Assembly (NCBI GenBank): GCA_965112735.1
Contig: OZ218957.1
Location: 1,178,001 to 1,242,000, forward strand
Length of the DNA: 64,000 bases
Reading direction: 5' to 3'
Source of the DNA: Phaeosaccion multiseriatum
Taxonomy: Eukaryota; Protista; Ochrophyta, other classes
The notes beneath the pieces were generated by a model. The model made no database searches. It saw only the letters and a program-made list of their open reading frames with translations, and was not told where the DNA came from. The translations under genes and the position numbers were made by a program. This document shows positions 1 through 9,316 of the stretch, one piece after another. The first letter of the stretch is position 1; the number at the start of each line of letters is the position of its first letter.

Positions 1-3000
1 CAGCTGGGCCTGTTGACCTGAGCACATGCTCAGCGCGGGCATGATGCAGCCAACAAATGCGTCGTTCTGGCTGTGTGGGCCATAAAAATCCAGCAAGGAG
101 CCAGATTGGGCCATTTGAGCCCATCCAAGGCTTTACTTGGCGCTGTTGCGGCACTGTAGTATCTCAGCTGGTCCTGTTGACCTGAGCATATGCTCGGTGC
201 GGGCATGATGCGGCCAGCAAATGCGTCGTTCGGCCTGTGTATGCCCCGCAAATGCCGGCTTGGGGCCTTATTGATCCCAGCAAGGAGCCAGATTGGGCCA
301 TTTGAGCCCATCCAATGCCCCACTTGGCGCTGTTGCGGCACTGTAGTATCTCAGCTGGGCCTGTTGACCTGAGCACATGCTCGGTGCGGGCATGATGCGG
401 CCAGCAAATGCGTCGTTCTGGCTGTGTGGGCCATAAAAATCCAGCAAGGAGCCAGATTGGGCCATTTGAGGGGAGTCCATCCAAGGCCCCACTTGGCGCT
501 GTTGCGGCACTGTAGTATCTCAGCTGGGCCTGTTGACCTGAGCATATGCTCGGTGCGGGCGTGATGCGGCCAGCAAATGCGTCGTTCGGCCTGTGTATGC
601 CCCGCAAATGCCGGCTTGGGGCCTTTTTGATCCCAGCAAGGAGCCAGATTGGGCCATTTGAGCCCATCCAACGCCCTACTTGGCGCTGTTGCGGCACTGT
701 AGTATCTCAGCTGGGCCTGTTGACCTGAGCCTATGCTCGGTGCGGGCATGATGCGGCCAGCAAATGCGTCGTTCGGCCTGTGTATGCCCCGCAAATGCCG
801 GCTTGGGGTTTTTTTGATCCCAGCAAGGAGCCAGATTGGGGGCCATTTGAGCCCATTCAAGGCCCCACTTGGCGCTGTTGCGGCACTGTAGTATCTCAGC
901 TGGGCCTGTTGTCCTGAGCACATGCTCAGCGCGGGCATGATGCGGCCAGCAAATGCGTCGTTCTGGCTGTGTGGGCCATAAAAATCCAGCAAGGAGCCAG
1001 ATTGGGCCATTTGAGCCCATCCAAGGCTTTACTTGGCGCTGTTGCGGCACTGTAGTATCTCAGCTGGTCCTGTTGACCTGAGCATATGCTCGGTGCGGGC
1101 ATGATGCGGCCAGCAAATGCGTCGTTCGGCCTGTGTATGCCCCGCAAATGCCGGCTTGGGGCCTTTTTGAACCCAGCAAGGAGCCAGATTGGGCCATTTG
1201 AGCCCATCCAAGGCCCTACTTGGCGCTGTTGCGGCACTGTAGTATCTCAGCTGGGCCTATTGACCTGAGCATATGCTCGGTGCGGGCATGATGCGGCCAG
1301 CAAATGCGTCGTTCGGCCTGTGTATGCCCCGCAAATGCCGGCTTGGGGCCTTTTTGATCCCAGCAAGGAGCCAGATTGGGCCATTTGAGGGGAGTCCATC
1401 CAAGGCCCCACTTGGCGCTGTTGCGGCACTGTAGTATCTCAGCTGGGCCTATTGACCTGAGCATATGCTCGGTGCGGGCATGATGCGGCCAGCAAATGCG
1501 TCGTTCGGCCTGTGTATGCCCCGCAAATGCCGGCTTGGGGTTTTTTTGATCCCAGCAAGGAGCCAGATTGGGGGCCATTTGAGCCCATTCAAGGCCCCAC
1601 TTGGCGCTGTTGCGGCACTGTAGTATCTCAGCTGGGCCTGTTGTCCTGAGCACATGCTCAGCGCGGGCATGGTGCGGCCAGCAAATGCGTCGTTCTGGCT
1701 GTGTGGGCCATAAAAATCCAGCAAGGAGCCAGATTGGGCCATTTGAGCCCATTCGAGGCCCCACTTGGCGCTGTTGCGGCACTGTAGTATCTCAGTTGGG
1801 CCTGTTGACCTGAGCCTATGCTCGGTGCGGGCATGATGCGGCCAGCAAATGCGTCGTTCGGCCTGTGTATGCCCCGCAAATGCCGGCTTGGGGTTTTTTT
1901 GATCCCAGCAAGGAGCCAGATTGGGGGCCATTTGAGCCCATTCAAGGCCCCACTTGGCGCTGTTGCGGCACTGTAGTATCTCAGCTGGGCCTGTTGTCCT
2001 GAGCATATGCTCAGCGCGGGCATGATGCGGCCAGGAAATGCGTCGTTCTGGCTGTGTGGGCCATAAAAATCCAGCAAGGAGCCAGATTGGGCCATTTGAG
2101 GGGAGTCCATCCAAGGCCCCACTTGGCGCTGTTGCGGCACTGTAGTATCTCAGCTGGGCCTGTTGACCTGAGCATATGCTCGGTGCGGGCGTGATGCGGC
2201 CAGCAAATGCGTCGTTCGGCCTGTGTATGCCCCGCAAATGCCGGCTTGGGGCCTTTTTGATCCCAGCAAGGAGCCAGATTGGGCCATTTTGAGCCCATCC
2301 AAGGCCCCACTTGGCGCTGTTGCGGCACTGGAGTACCTCACGTAGATCTGTTGACCTGAGCATATGCTCGGTGCGGGCATGATGCGGCCAGCAAATGCGT
2401 CGTTCGGCCTGTGTATGCCCCGCAAATGCCGGCTTGGGGCCTTTTTGATCCCAGCAAGGAGCCAGATTGGGCCATTTCAGCCCATTCAAGGCCCCACTTG
2501 GCGCTGTTATGGCACTGTAGTATCTCAGCTGGGCCTATTGACCTGAGCATATGCTCGGTGCGGGCATGATGCGGCCAGCAAATGCGTCGTTCGGCCTGTG
2601 TATGCCCCGCAAATGCCGGCTTGGGGCCTTTTTGATCCCAGCAAGGAGCCAGATTGGGCCATTTGAGCCCATTCAAGGCCCCACTTGGCGCTGTTGCGGC
2701 ACTGTAGTATCTCAGCTTGGCCTGTGGTCCTGAGCACATGCTCAGCGCGGGCATGATGCGGCCAGCAAATGCGTCGTTCTGGCTGTGTGGGCCAAATAAA
2801 CCCAGCAAGGAGCCAGATTGGGCCATTTCAGCCCATTCAAGGCCCCACTTGGCGCTGTTGCGGCACTGTAGTATCTCAGCTGGGCCTGTTGACCTGAGCA
2901 CATGCTCAGCGCGGGCATGATGCGGCCAGCAAATGCGTCGTTCGGCCTGTGTATGCCCCGCAAATGCCGGCTTGGGGCCTTTTTGATCCCAGCAAGGAGC

Positions 3001-3525
3001 CAGATTGGGCCATTTGAGCCCATCCAAGGCCCCACTTGGCGCTGTTGCGGCACTGTAGTATCTCAGCTGGGCATGTTGACCTGAGCATATGCTCGGTGCG
3101 GGCATGATGCGGCCAGCAAATGCGTCGTTCGGCCTGTGTATGCCCCGCAAATGCCGGCTTGGGGCCTTTTTGATCCCAGCAAGGAGCCAGATTGGGCCAT
3201 TTGAGCCCATCCAAGGCCCCACTTGGCGCTGTTGCGGCACTGTAGTATCTCAGCTGGGCCTATTGACCTGAGATTCGGCTCGGTGCGGGCATGATGTGGC
3301 CAGCAAATGCGTCGTTCGGCCTGTGTATGCCCCGCAAATGCCGGCTTGGGGCCTTTTTGATCCCAGCAAGGAGCCAGATTGGGCCATTTGAGCCCATCCA
3401 AGGCCCCACTTGGCGCTGTTGCGGCACTGTAGTATCTCAGCTGGGCCTGTGGTCCTGAGCACATGCTCAGCGCGGGCATGATGCGGCCAGCAAATGCGTC
3501 GTTCTGGCTGTGTGCGCCAGAAAAA
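1..3525 (+). repeat. Tandem satellite array, block 1 (187-bp monomer; 164-, 189- and 192-bp variants)
   Basis: Head-to-tail unit CAGCTGGGCCTGTTGACCTGAGCATATGCTCGG...GGCACTGTAGTATCT; identical spurious ORFs recur every 187 or 164 bp; the array runs off the window start. Confidence 0.98.
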
Positions 3526-4369
3526 AGCCTGTTCAGCAGCGCAGCAACGGAACTTTGTTTCTCGCGGAACAGAGACGAGGACGAGGTGGGAGACATGGGA
3601 GCCAGCAGGGCGAAGCGTCAGCGTAGGTGCTTGGTACCGCCCCAAGGGGGGGGTCCCCTCTGGGGAGATGTACAGTATGTCAGTGAAGCAGGGAATTTAG
3701 ATTTTTCAGAAGAGGAGAGACCTTGGCGTGTGCTGTCACTTACTGAGGCGGCGGAGACAGAGTCCAGGAAGAGTGGAGCACACTGTCAAGGAGGAGAGTA
3801 GATACTGGTGTGGTGGAAAGCGAGCCTCTTGTCCTGGGCCCGGACAGAGCGCTTGTGTTGGCCAAGGGGATCCGCCTGGTGTTGCGAGCCGGGATCCTCG
3901 TGGAAGAGGGAGGAAGAGCTAGGGAGACTGTGTCTGGTGTTGCGTGCCGACAGTCTCCACGGTGTTGCGTGCCGGAACTCTTCTTTTCTTTCCTTTGCCG
4001 GTGTTGCGGGGCTCTATGGCTTGGGACAAGCGGTGTCTGGTGTTGCGTGCCGACCGCCTCCACGGTGTTGCGTGCCGGCGCCTTTTGCCCTCTCCGCCCT
4101 TTCTTCCTTGCTGGTATCGCCGTAGGATCCGCGTCCGGTGTTGAGGCCGACGCCCTACTCATCTCTCCGCCCTCTCCTCTCTCCCGTGGCCCAAGGTGTG
4201 GGGGGTGTGGTCCACGGCATTTTTTGTCTTTTTGCGAGGCGAAAGGGGCTCCCGGGTGACGGCAGGCCCCTTAGCTCTTCCAGGTGTCTGTCTGTATGTT
4301 TGTGTGTGTATGTTTCGACGGTGTTTCTGTGTGTAGGGTGCGTATTTCCTGTGTTTGGCGTGCGAATAA

Positions 4370-4642
4370 GGGCCTCCTCCACAAAGGAGGCTGGCTCTGC
4401 GCGTGGTGACAACAGCGGCTCATCCCTCGCCATTCCGGCCCTCAACGGCGGGCGGGGCAGTCCTAGGCAACAGCAGCCGTGGTCACTGCCCCTACACACG
4501 ATGTGTGTTTGTATCTGTGTGTGCTGGTCTGCGTCTGTGTGTGCTAGTGTCCGTTTGTGCGTGCTGGTGTCCCTGTATTGTGCCTTTGTCTATGTCTGTG
4601 TGCCTGTGAATGTTTGTGTACGTCTGCGTGTTTAAGTGTACC
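4370..4642 (+). repeat. Diverged ~260-bp direct repeat, copy 1 (copy 2 at ~8560-8808)
   Basis: CTCTGCGCGTGGTGACAACAGCGGCTCATCCCTCGCCAT...GTGTTTGTATCTGTGTGTG...TGAATGTTTGTGTA recurs with many substitutions at ~8580-8790. Confidence 0.7.
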
Positions 4643-5408
4643 TCCCTTGTTGTTGGAGTGTCTCCCACCTACAACAGCAGTATGGCCAGAAGGAGGCGTA
4701 CGTGGTCGCCACTGGGCTTGCCTGCAGTCTCTCTGGATGGGTGGGGGCGTAGCTGACCTTCGATACGGGAGCTCGCACAGCCCACCTCCGGCAGCTACAT
4801 CCGAGAGACATATCGGGCCGAGGAGCGGCGAAGGGAAGGAGACGGACTACAGCTGTACCTCCCTCACCATCTCGAACGCATGGGAAGGGGAGGGGGGGGG
4901 TCCGATGGGGGCTCAGCTCTCAGGACAAACAGCAACCGCCAGGCAGTTAGTACGAGCGTCAAAGGTGGCAGCATGGATGCGAAGGCAGCTATTCGGGCTG
5001 TTGGAAGGAACCGGAGAGCCCTTTGATGGTGGTTGGCGCCTCTAGTTTGCGTGTGGAGCGGATATGGGACCTGTGGCCATAACAGCGAACCGATGGGCGA
5101 CAAGAGAGGCACAGCATACGAGGGAGAATTGGGAATTGGAAGGCGGCATTGGGAGTGCACGGTACTCGCATTTCGGGAGGTACGGCAGCGTTTGGTGACC
5201 GTCTACGGAGTGTACGGCGATGTACGTCGTCCGGTGCTGAAGGAAATTGGGGCATTGAGCAGTGTGGCTACTTATCTGTAATGGACGGCGGAAGCATGAC
5301 GTTTGGTCGTTCACAACAGCTATGGAGTGGAAGTCGGGGCCTGCCTGTGATGCAGAAGAGAAGGTGATGGATTTTTCGGCGTTGGGGCTCGTGAGCGGTG
5401 TGAACATG

Positions 5409-5621
5409 TGTGGAAAGTCGTGCTTAGACCTCCACGAAACGGACTAGACACACAGATAAGGTAGCAGCACCCCAAAGCTAGCCTGACAGCCGGCCTTGTA
5501 TCTATTAGCTTATCTATGCACTGTCCTAAACGACCACCTACAGGAGGATAGTGAGAAACGGGCACCGTTTCTCACTGCGTTGCCTAGGCCTGGGCCACTG
5601 ACATACGACTGACTTTCCACA
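5409..5621 (-). repeat. 3' LTR (213 bp)
   Basis: TGTGGAAAGTC...GACTTTCCACA (11-bp terminal inverted repeat); identical to 7801-8013; preceded on the minus strand by purine-rich AGGGATGGCTGACGGGGA (candidate polypurine tract). Confidence 0.93.
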
Positions 5622-5870
5622 TCCCCGTCAGCCATCCCTGCACTTCTAACACTCCCCTGACAAGACTGTTGCGTGTCCCCACGCAACTCAAGCGTTTTCA
5701 CCTACTGAAGCTCGACTGTAGCCACCAAAAAAACCGGATGAGAAATATGCAAAACTCACCCACCAGTGTGTGACGTGGCACTCCACAGGTCACCCTGCCA
5801 CACACCTGCCACGGCAGGGTGAGAAAGCCCAAGGCCTCAAACTCACCCTCCGTGGCTGCGCACGGCTGCG

Positions 5871-7202
5871 CTAGCGCTGGCTCGTCCCCACCGTCACCTG
5901 CTGTCCCAGCGTTGCAACCGTACGAGGCACTCCATGCGCGGCCTGCTCCGTCGCCAGCAGCTGGGCCGCCTTCTCGTCCATCAGCTTCTGCAGCCGCGCC
6001 TGCGCCGCTTCCACTTGCTGCATCCGATCCTTCAGAGAGAGAGGAGGCCGGTCCAACCAGGCCGGACGATCCGCTGCAATCTCCTGCTGCCACCGGCGCT
6101 GCCTTGCCGGATCACACTTCATCGCGTCCATCTCCTGCTGCCACTGGCGCTCCTCCTCAAGCTGCCGCTCTGCCGGATCCCTGACCCCGTCGGGCCTTAC
6201 CTTGCGCTTCTTCGACCGCCGCCCCCTCCTCTTTGGCCGCGCACCAACTTCGGTAGTGGAACCAAGACCACTGAGAACACCATTCACCCGCACTACAGGC
6301 TGAGCCACAGCCCGCAGTGCGTCCTCCCGCTCTTGCCAGTCCCGCACTTGCTGTGCCCGCGTGCTCTCCGCTTGAGCCTGCGTGTGTACCTCTTGCAGCT
6401 TGCGCTGAGCTTCCTCAGCCAAGGCAGCTTGTTGCGCCTGCTGCCGTCTCTCTTTCTCCCCGACGCGGCGCCTCTCCACCCGCTCCTGAGCCGCACACAC
6501 ACGCGCCCGCTCCAACTGTTCCTCCTCCAGCCAAACAGACTCGCGCTCCTGCCGCTCCCGCTCGAGGACCGCAGCAGACACTGACCCCTCTGCAAGCGTG
6601 ACGCCAGCCTGCTCTACCTGCTCCTCCTGAGCCTGCGCTTGCGCCACCCGAAGCCGAGACTGCGCCGCGGCCGCCACCGTCAGCTCTAGCGTCTGCAACT
6701 CCTTCGAGGCTCTGCGCTGTGCTGCCTGCCCTGTCGTCGTCACGGCCTTCAACAGCTGAGCAAGGACGCGCTTGTATTGCTCAGTGCGCTGCACAAGCGT
6801 CACCACCACCTGGGAAGCTGTACCCAAGCCGTACCGCTTCCCTGCATCCACCATCTTCCTCACCATGGCTCCGGTGGTCGGTTCGGTAGGGCAGCGAGAG
6901 AGACAGTGCTCCTTCTTGCAGTGAAAGCACGAAAAGACTTGCCCTGCCCCACAGTCGACCTTAGATCGTTTCTGCTTGCTGCCCGACCCCACCTGTGCAG
7001 CAGCTACCTGCACCTCCGACTGCTGCCTTGGATCCCGACCCAATAGCTGGCCCAGTAGCACCGGAAGTGCTGCAAGGTCCATCCTGATTCCATGCAGCTC
7101 CTCCATCAACCGATTGACCATGTCGTGATCCCCCATCGGTTCCTCCTGGGACCAGCCAGTACGCTTACTCTGTGCCAGCCGATCGCCGCGCCATGCCGGC
7201 AT
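5871..7202 (-). CDS. Gag-like protein of the LTR element (CCHC zinc knuckle plus long coiled coil), 443 aa
   Basis: ATG start; CFHCKKEHCLSRC (CX2CX3HX4C); E/Q/R/A-rich helical region; basic patch PKRRGRRSKKRK. Confidence 0.65.
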   Translation of the reverse strand: MPAWRGDRLAQSKRTGWSQEEPMGDHDMVNRLMEELHGIRMDLAALPVLLGQLLGRDPRQQSEVQVAAAQVGSGSKQKRSKVDCGAGQVFSCFHCKKEHCLSRCPTEPTTGAMVRKMVDAGKRYGLGTASQVVVTLVQRTEQYKRVLAQLLKAVTTTGQAAQRRASKELQTLELTVAAAAQSRLRVAQAQAQEEQVEQAGVTLAEGSVSAAVLERERQERESVWLEEEQLERARVCAAQERVERRRVGEKERRQQAQQAALAEEAQRKLQEVHTQAQAESTRAQQVRDWQEREDALRAVAQPVVRVNGVLSGLGSTTEVGARPKRRGRRSKKRKVRPDGVRDPAERQLEEERQWQQEMDAMKCDPARQRRWQQEIAADRPAWLDRPPLSLKDRMQQVEAAQARLQKLMDEKAAQLLATEQAAHGVPRTVATLGQQVTVGTSQR

Positions 7203-7789
7203 CTTCCCTCTTGCTGCGCCCCTGCAGCTGCTCCCTCCGAGCGTGCCTAATTATGCCTGATATCCGTGCCTGCTGCTGCTGCTGCCTCTGCAGCTGCTGC
7301 GGTATCCAACACCTGCTGCTGCGCCCCCTGCCTCTCCAGCCAAGCCTGCTGTGTCTCCTGCCGCTAACCTCTAAATCAGCGGTCCCCTCTGATTAAGTAT
7401 AGCGGATACCCGTGCCTCCTGCTGCTGCCCCTGCAGCTGCTGTATCCAATCCTTTGCTGCTGCCCCTGCAGCTGCGCGCCAATCCTTCCGTGCCTCCTGC
7501 TGCTGCCCCTGCAGCTGCTCCTTGCAATATCCCTAGCTACCTCTTGCTGCCGATCCACGGTAGCGCTGCTGTGCCACTCTTTCAAAGCCAACCAATAAAT
7601 TCTCCCACAAATAAATTCTCCCACCGGTTCCCAAGCAAAGCTAATTAAGCTAAACGCCCCTGACGGAGCAAGCTGTGGCGTGTCCGTGCCTTGGACACTA
7701 ACCAAAAACGTCCACGTGCTAGTCTAGCGCACGATGAACTCAAAGCCTCCCTCTGCTGAGCCTATTGGCCAAGTGCCAAACTGTCTTCG

Positions 7790-7800
7790 AGCTTTGGGGT
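7790..7800 (-). other. Candidate self-priming primer-binding site (ACCCCAAAGCT on the minus strand)
   Basis: Abuts the 5' LTR, does not start with TGG, and is the exact 11-nt complement of LTR positions 7861-7871. Confidence 0.7.
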
Positions 7801-8013
7801 TGTGGAAAGTCGTGCTTAGACCTCCACGAAACGGACTAGACACACAGATAAGGTAGCAGCACCCCAAAGCTAGCCTGACAGCCGGCCTTGTATCTATTAG
7901 CTTATCTATGCACTGTCCTAAACGACCACCTACAGGAGGATAGTGAGAAACGGGCACCGTTTCTCACTGCGTTGCCTAGGCCTGGGCCACTGACATACGA
8001 CTGACTTTCCACA
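7801..8013 (-). repeat. 5' LTR (213 bp)
   Basis: Identical to 5409-5621; contains a 12-bp-stem hairpin AGTGAGAAACGG-GCA-CCGTTTCTCACT. Confidence 0.93.
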
Positions 8014-9316
8014 CATGGAGGATGGGAGAGAACAGGGCTTGTGGCTCGCTCTGCTTGCACGACTTACTTGCAGTAGTATGGATGGACTACCCTCTTGCTA
8101 TCGTGCTCGGTGGTCGAGGGATTGATGCCGCCGCGCTTGAGATATTGGACTTGTTCATTTTTCGGGCCCGCAGCACCGAGGTGTTTTGCATTCGTTGCAT
8201 TGCTCAGCTGGTACAGCGGAAGTCCGCGGCGGACGGTTGGAATCGCAGCGGAGTGGTCTTGGTACGGCGTGTGCAGAAGGGTAACTTCTACGAGTTGATG
8301 TTCGAAGAGCTTGGAGCGGAAAACATGAGCGCTTCTGTGAGGGCATTTTCGGCTTTTCTACAGGGGTTGGATATATGGACACTTTTGGATCTGTGATTCC
8401 GGAAAGAATCCGAATTTGCTGGTTTGGGCGCGCTTTGCTGCTTCCACCAGCCGTGCCAGAGGACTGCGCAGTGTATTTCGCTCAGTGGCTCGCCTCCCCC
8501 CCAGCACACCATCCCAAGCGAGTGGGGGGTGTGTGATGGTCAGCAGGGGGCGTGCGAAGGGACCTCTTCAGAGGACACTGACTCTGCCCGTGGCGACACC
8601 AGCGGCTCCTCCCTCGCCATCATTCCTCCCCCAGCAGCGGGGAGCGCAGCCCTTGGCAACAGCACCAGCAGCCCTACACCGGTACACGCGGCGGGTGTTT
8701 GTATCTGTGTGTGTACTGGTGTGCGTCTGTGTCTACTGGTGCCCCTGTATGTGTATTATTATGTCTGTCTGTGTATGAATGTTTGTGTATCTTTGTGTTT
8801 TGTGTACCGGCCGACTACGATCGGGAGAGTGGGCTCTCGACTAGGCTGGGGCAGGTGCTGCTGCACCCTCGCAGCGCACCGGTGGGTACTCGGATGGGTG
8901 GGGGTGAAGCGGGACTTGGGGTGCTCACTGCGGTGGCACCCCAAGCTCCACTACATCCGAAACCCGGTGCCCGCCTCCCTCCATAGAGGCGGCCCCCTCG
9001 GAGGCGCTCTGCGCTCCCGAGGTGGGACTCCCTCACGGGACTGCCCCCCCCTACTAATGATGAGTCCTTCCCCCAACGTTAGCTACCCCTGGCCCACGAC
9101 CTCTCCACCTGCGGAGCAGGTGGCCACTTGGGAGTCCAGCCCTATTCCTCTTGGCCTCGAACAGCCGGCCACGGCGTGGATGTGGATAGTCCTCAGCATG
9201 CATACTGCGACGCCTTGGAGCGGGAGTCGGACATCTCCCGGGCCCTCGCCTACGACTGAAGGGAGGAGGCCTCTCACTGGCTTCCCACCTTCGCCCGAGC
9301 GCCGCGACGGCGCGAA

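Larger units (their letters stand above)
5409..8013 (-). mobile_element. Non-autonomous (gag-only) LTR retrotransposon, 2605 bp, 4-bp TSD CATG
   Basis: Identical 213-bp LTRs with TG...CA ends; CATG at 5405-5408 and 8014-8017; one internal minus-strand ORF with a zinc knuckle; no pol motifs. Confidence 0.92.
3526..9316 (+). mobile_element. Non-autonomous Ngaro/DIRS-type YR retroelement derivative (A-internal-B) carrying a nested LTR element
   Basis: Starts AGCCTGTTCAGCAGCGCAGCAACGG and ends CGACGGCGCGAA, the two halves of the B1|A2 junction of the coding copy (14912/14913). 3526-~4215 is homologous to A plus the leader, and 8900-9316 to B. The satellite GCCAGAAAAA|TCCAGC rejoins across it. 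No RT or YR ORF. Confidence 0.88.
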
